From: an uncultured Planctomycetales bacterium
Lineage (GTDB): Bacteria > Omnitrophota > Gorgyraeia > Zapsychrales > JANLHA01
Assembly (NCBI GenBank): GCA_964489065.1
Contig: CAZAXH010000005.1
Coordinates: 26,094 to 90,093, forward strand
Reading direction: 5' to 3'
DNA: 64,000 nucleotides
The stretch's first letter is position 1. The number at the start of each line of letters is the position of its first letter. Position numbers and translations under genes: made by a program. Shown piece after piece: positions 19,029 through 28,874 of this stretch. The notes beneath the pieces were generated by a model. That model made no database searches and was not told the DNA's origin. It was given only the letters and a program-made list of their open reading frames with translations.

Positions 19029-19709
19029 TTAGCGTTTAATATTGTTTAAAACCCATTCCTCATGATGATCCAATTTATTTTTAACACCCATAACAAAACG
19101 GCAGGTCTTGTCTCCTTTGGCCCGGCACATAATCTCCCGGGCGTCGAGGTCCATATTAAAACTCTCAGAACACCATCCTGCGGAATATCCGGAATTCATG
19201 ATGCAGACCGGCCTTGTGGCATGAGCGCCTTTGGCGGAGATGTGACTGTAGCTTTCGAAAGAATAGGGGTGGTCATAGATGAGAAAATAATTATCGTCTT
19301 GAGAAGGCTTGCTCTCCGGGAAAATATCGACAAAAGCCCACCCCGTATAATTAAAACTGATCGGGCCTGCCGCTAATTTGGCAACCGGGTCGGTCACCCC
19401 CTGCCGGGCCGCAAATTTTTGGGCGTCTGCCCGGCCAATAGACTTAGCTAAAATATATAAAAAATGATCTGCGGCTTCTTCGGCCATAGCATCGTTTAGG
19501 CCCATGGTTTCCCCCAAGTTTTTCGTAAATTCAAGCCGCAACGATTTAGCGTTAATTAAAATATAGCGCTCCCCGCTGATTGTGATCGTGCCTTCCAGCT
19601 TGTTGCAATAAAAGGAATCGAAAAAGTTGTTGACGTATTGCTCGGCCTGTTCAAACACCGGAACCATGGGGGGCGGAACTTTTACGCTTTGTAAAACCAT
19701 AAGCACCAT
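19029..19709 (-). CDS. V4R-domain protein (COG1719-like predicted hydrocarbon/small-ligand binding protein)
   Basis: The C-terminal RPVCIMNSGYSAGWCSESFNMDLDAREIMCRAKGDKTCRFVMG matches the V4R pattern (C..G...G...C.A.GD..C.F). Confidence 0.5.
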   Translation of the reverse strand: MVLMVLQSVKVPPPMVPVFEQAEQYVNNFFDSFYCNKLEGTITISGERYILINAKSLRLEFTKNLGETMGLNDAMAEEAADHFLYILAKSIGRADAQKFAARQGVTDPVAKLAAGPISFNYTGWAFVDIFPESKPSQDDNYFLIYDHPYSFESYSHISAKGAHATRPVCIMNSGYSAGWCSESFNMDLDAREIMCRAKGDKTCRFVMGVKNKLDHHEEWVLNNIKR

Positions 19710-19965
19710 CTCCTTTTTTAAGAAACGCCACGGGGATATCCCGTGAAATGTTTTTTAGCTTGAGAAAGCCATCTGGCTGATTTTAAATTATATAATTTTA
19801 TTTATTATATCGTTTTTTGGGGCTGATTCAAACGCAGATTAAGTAATTTTTTTGAAGATTTTTTATCGTTTTTCATGTTTCTTCCTCCTGCGGGTTATAA
19901 AATAAATTATTAAATGCATTAACCGGAACCGTGGGGCAGGGCGGGGGAAGAATATAATAAAGGCC

Positions 19966-19994
19966 TCGACAGAAGCCAATGGATATGCTAATAT
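19966..19994 (+). promoter_or_regulatory. Candidate sigma70 promoter (TCGACA-17-TAATAT) in the AT-rich divergent region upstream of msbA
   Basis: tcgaca at 19966-19971, a 17-nt spacer, then taatat at 19989-19994. The whole 19710-20041 interval is AT-rich and sits between divergent genes. Confidence 0.3.
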
Positions 19995-20041
19995 CGCAAC
20001 CATTCCGGGTTGTTTCTGAGATTGTCCCCGCAGGCACGCAT

Positions 20042-21835
20042 ATGAAAAATTACCTTAAACTCCTGAAATTTTTGGCTCACTATAAAAAGAAGTTCGGCCT
20101 TGCCGTTGTGGTGATGTTTATTTCCAGGATCTTTGAAGGCTTTCAGATGTCTTTGATCGTGCCGGTCATGGATCGGATTTTCACAAAGAAACCGATCATC
20201 CTCTCCAATAAACTGCCCCCGGCCCTTGAAAACATCATTAACTGGCTCAACAGCATTGAACCGGAAACCATGTTTATGGCGCTTCCTATTGTTGTGCTGG
20301 TTGTGATCATTCTCAAAAACGCTATTATTTATGTTTATTCTTTTTTGATGAACGATATTTCCCAGCTCATCATGAGGGATGTGCGCTTTCAGCTTTATGC
20401 CAAAATCCAAAGCTTTTCCCTGGATTATTTCAGCAAGAAACGCACCGGCGAACTCCTCTCACGCGTGACCCATGACGTTCAGGTTGTCGAAAATGCGGTG
20501 TCTTACAGCGTTACCGACCTGTTTGTCCAATCCTTTACCATCGCCATGTATGTCACCATCGCGTTTACGATTCACCTCAAGGCCGCGGTCCTGATTTTTT
20601 TTGTTTTTCCTTTTATTGTCTGGCCGATCAGCCTGATCGGGAAGAAGCTCCGTAAGCTGTCCCGCAGCACCCAGGAGCGCATGGCCGACATCAACACGAT
20701 TCTGCTGGAAACAATCTCCGGGGTCCGGGTAGTGAAGGCGTTTTGCACCGAGGCTTTTGAAATTGGGCGGTTCCGCGCCAAAAATCATGATTTCTATAAA
20801 CTGCGCATGAAAGCCGTCCGCCGGAATCTTTTAATCGCGCCGATCACGGAGGTCTTTTCCGTGATTTTCGGGGTTTTAATTATTTTTTGGCTCGGCCGGC
20901 AGGTCATGGACGATAAGCTTTCCACCGGGGTTTTTTTTCTTTTCTTTGCGTCTGTCATGTCGATCGTCAGCCCTATGAAGAAACTCGGAAACGTGCATGC
21001 CATGGTGCAGCAGGCCCTGGCCGCCAACGAACGCATTTATGACATCCTTGATAAAGAGCCCACAGTTCAGGAAAAGCCGGATGCGCTTCATCTGGCGACA
21101 ATCCGTAAGGGCGTGGACCTGAACAATGTTTCTTTCCGTTATGACAGCGAGTCTGATCTTGTGTTGAAAAATATCAACCTGTCCCTTAATGTCGGCGAAC
21201 TGGTGGCGATCGTGGGCCCGACCGGGACGGGCAAGTCGACTTTGGCCAACCTGATCCCGCGGTTCTATGACCCCTTGGAAGGGACCGTTTCTATAGACGG
21301 GGTTGATCTTAAGGACGTGAGTTTTTTGTCGCTTCGTCAGCAAATCGGGATCGTGGCGCAGGAAACGTTTTTATTCAACGATACGGTGCGCAATAACATC
21401 GCCTACGGGACGCCTAACGCGACCCAGGCTGATATTGAAACCGCGGCGAAGAGAGCGTACGCCCACCGGTTTATTATTGAGATGCCGCAGGGTTATGAAA
21501 CAATCGTCGGAGACAGGGGGTTCCGGCTCTCCGGGGGGGAGAAGCAGCGGATCGCGATCGCCCGGGCCATTTTGCGCAATCCTCCGATTTTGATCCTGGA
21601 TGAAGCCACCTCCCAGTTGGATTCCGAGTCGGAAAAATTCGTCCAGGAAGCCCTGGACCAGTTGATGCAGGGCCGCACCGTTATCGCCATCGCTCACCGC
21701 CTGTCCACCATTATGAAAGCTCAGAAAATCGTGGTCCTGGACCAGGGACAAATAGTCGGACTGGGGCCCCACGCGGAGCTCCTGAAGACCTGCGGCCTTT
21801 ATAAACGGCTGTACGAAACTCAATTTCAGATTTGA
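20042..21835 (+). CDS. msbA: ABC transporter, fused permease/ATPase (MsbA-like lipid A/lipid exporter)
   Basis: Six predicted TM helices are followed by Walker A GPTGTGKST, ABC signature LSGGEKQR and Walker B ILILDEATS. The start is taken at MKNYLKLLKF (20042); the track begins at 19979. Confidence 0.85.
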   Translation: MKNYLKLLKFLAHYKKKFGLAVVVMFISRIFEGFQMSLIVPVMDRIFTKKPIILSNKLPPALENIINWLNSIEPETMFMALPIVVLVVIILKNAIIYVYSFLMNDISQLIMRDVRFQLYAKIQSFSLDYFSKKRTGELLSRVTHDVQVVENAVSYSVTDLFVQSFTIAMYVTIAFTIHLKAAVLIFFVFPFIVWPISLIGKKLRKLSRSTQERMADINTILLETISGVRVVKAFCTEAFEIGRFRAKNHDFYKLRMKAVRRNLLIAPITEVFSVIFGVLIIFWLGRQVMDDKLSTGVFFLFFASVMSIVSPMKKLGNVHAMVQQALAANERIYDILDKEPTVQEKPDALHLATIRKGVDLNNVSFRYDSESDLVLKNINLSLNVGELVAIVGPTGTGKSTLANLIPRFYDPLEGTVSIDGVDLKDVSFLSLRQQIGIVAQETFLFNDTVRNNIAYGTPNATQADIETAAKRAYAHRFIIEMPQGYETIVGDRGFRLSGGEKQRIAIARAILRNPPILILDEATSQLDSESEKFVQEALDQLMQGRTVIAIAHRLSTIMKAQKIVVLDQGQIVGLGPHAELLKTCGLYKRLYETQFQI

Positions 21836-21888
21836 TGTTCGGCCTTCCGTTAACAGGGAAAAGGAATTTTATTGTTTGACTTTATTCT

Positions 21889-22548
21889 TTGCTGGTGGCA
21901 ATAATAAATTCCATGGAACCATCAGTTCTTAGACTCAATCTCGGCTGCGGAAACAACAAGCTTCCCGGATGGATCAACATAGATTCGGTCTGGGAATTTG
22001 CGCCGGATCTGCTTCATGACATTTCCCAGCCACTTCCTTTCGATGACCAGAGCGTTGATGAAGTTAATGCGGATGGCATTTTGGAGCATTTCGATAAATA
22101 TTCCCGTTATAATGTGATTTATGAATGGGCCAGGGTTTTGAGAATCGGTGGCCGTATTCAGATTGGTGTCCCCAATTTTCAAAAAATTCTCTATCGCTAT
22201 TTCAAATTCAGCTTTTATGATTTTGTTGACACAATTTTTGGCGAGAACATGCTTGCGTCGACGGTCTATACCGGACATTTTGGTAACCATAAGTGGGGGT
22301 ATTCCGTCCAATCGCTCTCGGAGTTTGTTCAGCTTTTCGGGATCAATCCGGTAAAAATTGAAAGACAAGGCTTGATCATCCGGTTATTCGGTGAAAAACG
22401 GCAACATATGACCCAGAGTGAGTTCTCGTCCCTGGAAGTCTATTCTTCTGCCAATGCCCAGGGCATCGGATCCCCGAAAATGACCTTTACAGAGATCGCT
22501 CAGCGAATACAGGATTTTCATCAAAGCAGGTTGCCGCATTCGAATTGA
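21889..22548 (+). CDS. Class I SAM-dependent methyltransferase (Methyltransf_11-like)
   Basis: LRLNLGCGNNKLPGWINID is the glycine-rich SAM-binding motif I, and VDEVNADGILEHF is motif II-like. The alternative start MEPSV at 21913 is equally plausible. Confidence 0.6.
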   Translation: MLVAIINSMEPSVLRLNLGCGNNKLPGWINIDSVWEFAPDLLHDISQPLPFDDQSVDEVNADGILEHFDKYSRYNVIYEWARVLRIGGRIQIGVPNFQKILYRYFKFSFYDFVDTIFGENMLASTVYTGHFGNHKWGYSVQSLSEFVQLFGINPVKIERQGLIIRLFGEKRQHMTQSEFSSLEVYSSANAQGIGSPKMTFTEIAQRIQDFHQSRLPHSN

Positions 22549-22600
22549 ATGTTTGCACCCCGTAATTAAATGGCGTTTCGCTCTACCCGAAGGAGAAACT

Positions 22601-24457
22601 ATGAACGATATTTCTTTTATCCTTTTTCACGCCGCGGTGCTGCTTTTCGGCGTGGTGTGCCTGACCAGAGTCATGAAGCTCGTTAAAATTTTGTCCTTTA
22701 TCATGTTTGCCGTTGGTTTGGCCATTATTGTGCAGGAGTACTCCGCGCGGCACCTGCAGGCCTTGATACAGCAGGAGCAGGGGACGGCGGTATCGTCTCC
22801 GGTTGCCGCGGGGGCGCCCTCCGGGCCGTCCGCGGGAGGCCCGTTGTTTGAGAAAGGCGTGTCCGCTGAAAAATCCGGGCAGTATGATCAGGCCATTCAA
22901 CTGTTCAGTCAGGTGATCGAACAGCATCCGGATTTTTTTGGCGGGTATCATCATCGCGGCGGCTGTTACACGATGAAAAAGGAATTTGAAAAGGCCCTGC
23001 AAGATTATCAGCGGGCGATCGACCTGAAGCCGGAGGAGGCGACGCTTTATTACAATCGCGGTTTGACCTTTTCGTTGATGGGGAAGGCCCCGGAGGCTTT
23101 GGCTGATTACAGCCGGGCGGTCGAATTGAATCCCGCTTACCTTAATGCGTATTTAACCCGGGGGACCCTGTATGCCGAGACCGGCCGCCTTGAGGAGGCG
23201 CTGGAGGACAGGACGAAAGTTATTCAACTCGATCCCCAAAATGCGCAATGGTACGGCGCCCGGGCTGCGGTTTATATTTTTCAGAAAGCTTTTGATAAAG
23301 CCTTGGCCGATTTAAATAAGGCCGTTGAGCTCGCGCCGGAAGATGCGTCTCTCCGTTTTTTTCGCGGGATGATTTACGCTGAAATGGGCCAGAAGGATAA
23401 GGCCTCGGCCGAGTTTAAGGCAGCCGAGACAATGGACGCGCAATATACGGGTATCGGCGAAAAGATGGCCGCATATATTACCCGTCAGAAAGAGGCCCGG
23501 GGAGGCTCCGCTCCGGCGGGGAAAGCAGAAGGGGATCGGGGACTCGTCCCCATGGAACAGGAAAATCTGGAGGTCTTGAAGAAAGAACCGGGCAACCTGG
23601 ATGCTTTGCTTTATCTGGCCACCGCGTATGTCGGGATAGGCAAGGGGGATTTGGCCGCGGAGTACGCCGAAAAAGCTCTTGCCGTAGACCCGGAAGCAGC
23701 GGCCAACCGGGATGCGATTCTGGTGGCGGCGATGGGGTATTATTATTCCGGCAACCTTAAAAAAAGTTACGCGATGGTTGGCCGGGCGCTGGAAAGGGCG
23801 CCGGATGACCGGGCCGCGCTCGACCTGAAACAGACCCTGGAATACGCCCGGGATAATTATTACGGCGGCGATATGCCGGAAGATGCTACTTTTGAAGGGT
23901 TCAAGACTTTATATGACGTGACCCAGGCGGTCGCGAACCTCGGGGTGGGGACCCCGGGCCGGGACGGCGAGCCGGATGAGATCCGTTACCAATCGGTCCG
24001 CATGACTATTAACCCGCCTCTTAACTGGCAGCGGGCCAGGAACACCCGTATGCCCAACGGCACGTACGTGATTTTTCTCTACGCCCAGGATACGGCCAGT
24101 CTGCTTCCTTCCATAGCGGTGACGCGGGACAATTTGCCGGAAGGGATTACGACCGCCCTGGATTTTTCCCGGTATGTGAACAAGATTATGGAAAAAGAGG
24201 TCGGTGGGGAGATGGATATCCCGGAGCCGAAAGCGGTTGATATCAACGGCCTGAAGGCGTCTTATATTGAGATGGGGGACAAGGCCCGCACCCGAAAGAC
24301 CGCGTGGTATCAGTTTTTAATCAGCGGCGCAATCTTCTCTTTCCAGTACACCAATACCGTGGAGAAATTCGAGGAAGGCCGCCGGGTTTTTGAAGATTTG
24401 GTGAGGAGCCTCGCGCTGGAGGAGGGGCAGGAACCAGCCTTTTCTGTGGGGAAATGA
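22601..24457 (+). CDS. Membrane-anchored TPR-repeat protein with uncharacterised C-terminal domain
   Basis: AAGGAG precedes the ATG at 22601. Two N-terminal TM helices are followed by at least six TPR units (YHHRGGCYTMKKEFEKALQDYQRAIDLKPEEATLYYNRGLTF...). The C-terminal roughly 200 aa carry no motif I recognise. Confidence 0.7.
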   Translation: MNDISFILFHAAVLLFGVVCLTRVMKLVKILSFIMFAVGLAIIVQEYSARHLQALIQQEQGTAVSSPVAAGAPSGPSAGGPLFEKGVSAEKSGQYDQAIQLFSQVIEQHPDFFGGYHHRGGCYTMKKEFEKALQDYQRAIDLKPEEATLYYNRGLTFSLMGKAPEALADYSRAVELNPAYLNAYLTRGTLYAETGRLEEALEDRTKVIQLDPQNAQWYGARAAVYIFQKAFDKALADLNKAVELAPEDASLRFFRGMIYAEMGQKDKASAEFKAAETMDAQYTGIGEKMAAYITRQKEARGGSAPAGKAEGDRGLVPMEQENLEVLKKEPGNLDALLYLATAYVGIGKGDLAAEYAEKALAVDPEAAANRDAILVAAMGYYYSGNLKKSYAMVGRALERAPDDRAALDLKQTLEYARDNYYGGDMPEDATFEGFKTLYDVTQAVANLGVGTPGRDGEPDEIRYQSVRMTINPPLNWQRARNTRMPNGTYVIFLYAQDTASLLPSIAVTRDNLPEGITTALDFSRYVNKIMEKEVGGEMDIPEPKAVDINGLKASYIEMGDKARTRKTAWYQFLISGAIFSFQYTNTVEKFEEGRRVFEDLVRSLALEEGQEPAFSVGK

Positions 24458-24563
24458 TTGTTTAGTGGGGCAAGTTCCCGGGAAAAGAATATTTTTGGGG
24501 ATGGGGGGGATGACCGGAATCACGGTATCGGATCCGTGTTGGCCGGTGTTTTGGGAGAACGGC

Positions 24564-27500
24564 TTAACGCGGGTGTTTGAGCGTGTGCATGGCGGGGATG
24601 ATCGTCCGGTTCGGCCGGTTGGTGCCGTCATAAAAAATATCGACGATCGGGATATTAAAATCTTTCTGCATTTTGCGGTAAATCGAAGAGGTTACTGAAC
24701 CCGGGCAGCAGAGGACGGGATTCACGTGGATGACGGCGTCAACGAGTTTGTGCCTGACGTAATAGAGCAGCCGGCAGACGTTGAGCGTGGTTTCCCCAGG
24801 GATGAAATGCTGTATTCCGTACGCGCGCATGAGCGCGACACATTCCTCGACCGGCGGTTCAAACACTTCGTCCAGGAATCCCCGGAAAACATTTTCAAAA
24901 CTTTTTTCATACAGCGTTAATTTGACCAGCGGCATTCTGTCTGCCCCGCTTTCCCGGGCGGCTGCGTCCATGAAATGCGCTCCGGTTTCCATATAGGACG
25001 GGATCAGAATCTCTCCCCCGAGTTCTTCAATCAGGCTGTAAATGTCCTGGTTGAGGACGGGATTATACTTCACATAAAGGTCTCCCACGAGGCCGACCCG
25101 CGGCCTTCTTTTCCCGGCGACAGGGACGTTCTCAAAGAGCGTCCGGATTTTTTTCGACGCGTTGAGCAGGTTTTTGCTGGGATGCAGAAATTCTTTGGCT
25201 TTGTTTAGGAGCGATTTCTGTTGTCCCGGATTTTCCTCCGGCGCTGGGCCCTCGCCGGTTGCGGCCCGGCCGGCCTGCAGAACATGCCGGATATAAAATT
25301 CGCTGATCGGCCCGCTGAGTTTTTGAGCGGAGATTTCCCACAGCGGGAGCTTTTTGTTGAGCTGGTCCTTAATAACCATCATGGCCTGGTCCAGGGCGCG
25401 CTGACTCGCGCCTGGTTCCTGCTCGTAGGGGTGTACCCGGAAATACAGTTTATACAGGAGCGACCCCAACACGCTGGACGCGGTTATGTCCAGGGATAAA
25501 TCCTGGGGCAGCCCCTGGCCCGTAACCCCCATTTTCGGTGAATAGATCCGTAGGTTTTTTATGCCTGCTTTCCGGCAGGCGGCCCAGATCAGGGAGGTGT
25601 ATTGATGGAAATTACACGCCACACACGAGTCCCCCAGATATAAAACACCGTTGGCGGTGTCGAGGCGGTTTTTTTGAAAGAGATCGACGATCGACCCCAC
25701 CACCGCGACGTTCGGCAGACATTCCCCCCCGGAAACATATTTGTACCCGAGCTGAATCATGACCGGGGCAAAGGGCAGGATTTCGGCCCGGTACCCTTTC
25801 GTGGTCAAGGCCGCGATGAGTATCTCATCCAGAATGGGGCTGAGGTAAGGGAAATAGATGATGTCGTTTTTCGTGATGCGGGGTTCATAAACGGGAACGG
25901 ACAGGGCGGACGGGCTTCCCGGGCGCGGCGCTGGCGGCGGCTGGATTTTGCGGTGCTGAAAATCGTTGCGGAAGGCGTCCAGCCCGGCTTCGATCCGGGT
26001 CTGATACCCGATGTCGCTGCAATGTTCGTCGAGCTGTATGACTAGATATGGTTTGCCGGCGGTTTCCATCATCTCTTTGAAGTAGGTCACGATGTAGGCG
26101 TCCGGACTGCAGTGGAAATTCGTTAAGAACACGGGATAGATATTGTCTTGTGTCAGGGCTGTTTCGGCGGCGAGCAGGATTTGCTGGCCGTAATGCCAGT
26201 GCATCCGGTCAAGATAGCGGGAGGAGAACGGGCCCGGCTCACGGGAAAGCTCGAGCATGGATTGGTGGATTAGTTCGCAGCCCAGCGCTTCCAGTTTGCC
26301 GGGAATCCCGCTGTTCAGCGTGCGGTCGAAGATAACATAGGGCCGCCCCAGGAGCAGAATTTTGATGCGGTCCCCGCCGGAATTCAGAATCCGGGTCCCG
26401 GCCTCTCGCCATCGGTTTTTTCTTTTTTCGTCGTTTTCAGACGCTTTCAGGAAAGCGTTGATCATGTCCGGTTCCGGATTCGGGATATGGCCCGCCAGCG
26501 ACCGGGCTATATCCCGCGCGACGTCTTCCTGCGGGCGGTTGTTTATTTTGATTTTAGGCGAAACCAGGATATCTTTGATGTCGAGAGTCACCAGGTTGTT
26601 CATGATCGTCGGCGCGTATTCTGAATAGAAACAAAAATAACAGTCCCGGTTTTTTTTGAGGAAATGCTCTTCCGCTGGCAGGGCGTCCAGACGGCTTTGC
26701 GCGTTGATGAACGCCGGGAAAAAGAGGATGTCGATTTTTCGCCCCGCCAGGGTTTTGACCAACCCGTGCGTGACAAGCATGGGCGAGCAGAAATCCGCGC
26801 GGGCGATGGCTTGGCCCTGCTCAAGGCACCTGGCCGCGTTGCGTTCCAGGACAATATTGAGGCCAAGGTTTTCAAAAAAATCAATAAAGAGCGCGGCGTA
26901 TTCTTTCATGTAAATACTTAAAGGAAGCCCGACTGTTTTCGCGTTTTTGGCCGGGGGGCAGGGCGAGGATTCGAAGATGTTTTGATAATCCTGCTCCAGG
27001 CGGGAGAGGGGGCGGCCCTGGCCCGGCCGGCGCTCGTCATAGTCCCGCCCGCACTTCATGCCCCAGGCCACGCGCGTCCCGTTGACGTCGAATATCGTGA
27101 GGGAGCAATGGTTCGCGCACAGGCCGCACAATTCGGTGCTGGTGCTGAAATTTAAGTTGAGGCCCCGGAAGCGGGAGGCGGCTGTGCCCCGTTCCATCAG
27201 GATAACGGCCGCGCCCAGGGCGCCGGTTAGATGGCAGTATTTGGAAACGAAAATCGGCTTGCCGATTTCGTTTTCGAACGCCGCGACGAGCGCCTTGTTC
27301 CTTGCCGTGGCTCCCTGGAAGTAAATGGTATCCCCCAAGAGGGTCCGCCCGGCCACTTTGGAAAGATAATTGTCTCGCACACTGAAGAGAACGGAGGCCA
27401 GGATTTGCGGTTTGCTCCATCCTTCGGCGATATATGTGTTTAGGTCCCGCTCCATATAGACTGTGCAGCGGCTGGATGTCAACGGCGCTTCCTGCCCCAG

Positions 27501-28874
27501 GGCCATTTCGGAAACCGCGGCGAGCGGGACATCCAGTTTTTTGGCCTGCTCCTCGATGAAGGAGCCGGTGCCCGCCGCGCAGACGTAATTCATGACCGCG
27601 GTGGCGACGTAGCCGTTTTTTAAAAGTGTGAATTTGGAGTCCTGTCCTCCGATCTCGATGATCGTGTCCACGTTCGGGTCCAGAAATGTCGCCCCCTTGG
27701 CATGGGCGGTGATTTCGTTCACGGCGAGATCGGCCTGGATCACTTCCTTGATGATTCTGCGGCCAGACCCGGTGACAGCCGCCCCCCGGATAGGCAGGGC
27801 CTCCGCCACGAAAAGGCGGGAGAGTTCTTTAAACAATTTGGCGACGGCCGCCACCGGGTCTCCGGACGTGCTGGTGTAGAGCCCGCAAAGCACGTCCTGG
27901 CGTTCGTTCAGGAGAATGCATTTTGTGCTGGTCGAGCCTACGTCGATGCCGAGAAACGCGTCCCGGGGTCCCCCCTCAAGGGCGTTGTACAGAGTGAACT
28001 CCACGCCGTCGTTCACGAAGGTCTTGTCCTGGTTAAAGTCCGGATACCGGGTCAATTTGATTTCAAGCTTTTCCCGGCATTGCCGGTTCATGCGGATATG
28101 GGATAGCCCGTCTAAAAGGCGCTGATCCGTTTCGTCTCCCAGCAGGGCGGCTCCCAGGGCGTTGAATGTCAAGGCCCCGTCCGGCACCGTCACCGGGACT
28201 TCAAGCGTTTTTTTTATTTCCGTTATGATTTTCCTGTTGCGGCTGACCCCGCCTATTAAAAGAATTGGCCCGTCTGGTTTGCGGCCGCCCAGGGTGTAGG
28301 CGAGAATGCTCCGGACAACCCCTTCGCAGATCCCGGCCGCAATCGCCTCTTTGGAAAAACCTTCGGCCTGGGAATGAATAATGTCGGATTTGGCGAAGAC
28401 GGAACACCGGGTTGCGATGGCCGGGGCTTTCCCCTGGAAGTGAAACGCTTTTTCCGCGAAATCGTCTGTTGAATATCCAAGCCGTTTGGCCTGTTGGTCC
28501 AGAAAACTGCCGGTGCCGGAGGCGCAGTCGGAGCTGAGGGCATGTTCGAGGTAATTCCCTTCTTCGTCCAGGAAAATGAGCGTGAAGGTTTCACAGCCGA
28601 TCGAGAGAATGTGACGGCAGCCGGTTTGTAATAACTGGTTGGCGCGGATACTGGCGAGAACAGGGTCGATAAGGCGGAACGTGTTTGCGGCGATGTTGCC
28701 GGTGATTCCGCAACTTTCGGCGGCGCCGAAGCGTTGCCGGGTGGCCTGGATTAAGCCCTGAATTTTTCCAAAAATGTCGCCCTGGTGTTCGACGCTTTCC
28801 TGGGCGATGATATTGTTGTTTTCAAGGACAACATAATGGATGTTCCTTGACCCCAAATCAAACCCGATTTTCAT
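24564..28874 (-). CDS. Giant (1436 aa) fusion: two BadF/BadG/BcrA/BcrD-type ATPase (2-hydroxyacyl-CoA dehydratase activase-like) domains plus a C-terminal DUF2229/HgdB-like region
   Basis: The first N-terminal domain is MKIGFDLGSRNIHYVVLE... and the second carries FLGIDVGSTSTKCILL. Both have the ASKHA/acetate-kinase-like phosphate-1 motif of CoA-substrate-specific enzyme activases. A long C-terminal region ends ...VNPVLCCPGSVTSSIYRKMQKDFNIPIVDIFYDGTNRPN, typical of the activase-associated DUF2229. Confidence 0.75.
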   Translation of the reverse strand: MKIGFDLGSRNIHYVVLENNNIIAQESVEHQGDIFGKIQGLIQATRQRFGAAESCGITGNIAANTFRLIDPVLASIRANQLLQTGCRHILSIGCETFTLIFLDEEGNYLEHALSSDCASGTGSFLDQQAKRLGYSTDDFAEKAFHFQGKAPAIATRCSVFAKSDIIHSQAEGFSKEAIAAGICEGVVRSILAYTLGGRKPDGPILLIGGVSRNRKIITEIKKTLEVPVTVPDGALTFNALGAALLGDETDQRLLDGLSHIRMNRQCREKLEIKLTRYPDFNQDKTFVNDGVEFTLYNALEGGPRDAFLGIDVGSTSTKCILLNERQDVLCGLYTSTSGDPVAAVAKLFKELSRLFVAEALPIRGAAVTGSGRRIIKEVIQADLAVNEITAHAKGATFLDPNVDTIIEIGGQDSKFTLLKNGYVATAVMNYVCAAGTGSFIEEQAKKLDVPLAAVSEMALGQEAPLTSSRCTVYMERDLNTYIAEGWSKPQILASVLFSVRDNYLSKVAGRTLLGDTIYFQGATARNKALVAAFENEIGKPIFVSKYCHLTGALGAAVILMERGTAASRFRGLNLNFSTSTELCGLCANHCSLTIFDVNGTRVAWGMKCGRDYDERRPGQGRPLSRLEQDYQNIFESSPCPPAKNAKTVGLPLSIYMKEYAALFIDFFENLGLNIVLERNAARCLEQGQAIARADFCSPMLVTHGLVKTLAGRKIDILFFPAFINAQSRLDALPAEEHFLKKNRDCYFCFYSEYAPTIMNNLVTLDIKDILVSPKIKINNRPQEDVARDIARSLAGHIPNPEPDMINAFLKASENDEKRKNRWREAGTRILNSGGDRIKILLLGRPYVIFDRTLNSGIPGKLEALGCELIHQSMLELSREPGPFSSRYLDRMHWHYGQQILLAAETALTQDNIYPVFLTNFHCSPDAYIVTYFKEMMETAGKPYLVIQLDEHCSDIGYQTRIEAGLDAFRNDFQHRKIQPPPAPRPGSPSALSVPVYEPRITKNDIIYFPYLSPILDEILIAALTTKGYRAEILPFAPVMIQLGYKYVSGGECLPNVAVVGSIVDLFQKNRLDTANGVLYLGDSCVACNFHQYTSLIWAACRKAGIKNLRIYSPKMGVTGQGLPQDLSLDITASSVLGSLLYKLYFRVHPYEQEPGASQRALDQAMMVIKDQLNKKLPLWEISAQKLSGPISEFYIRHVLQAGRAATGEGPAPEENPGQQKSLLNKAKEFLHPSKNLLNASKKIRTLFENVPVAGKRRPRVGLVGDLYVKYNPVLNQDIYSLIEELGGEILIPSYMETGAHFMDAAARESGADRMPLVKLTLYEKSFENVFRGFLDEVFEPPVEECVALMRAYGIQHFIPGETTLNVCRLLYYVRHKLVDAVIHVNPVLCCPGSVTSSIYRKMQKDFNIPIVDIFYDGTNRPNRTIIPAMHTLKHPR

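Noticed and set aside
25132-27443. Multiple 60-130 aa ORFs on both strands inside the giant activase gene
   Set aside because: All are internal to or antisense of the 4.3-kb ORF, which has coherent domain structure. They are frame artefacts.
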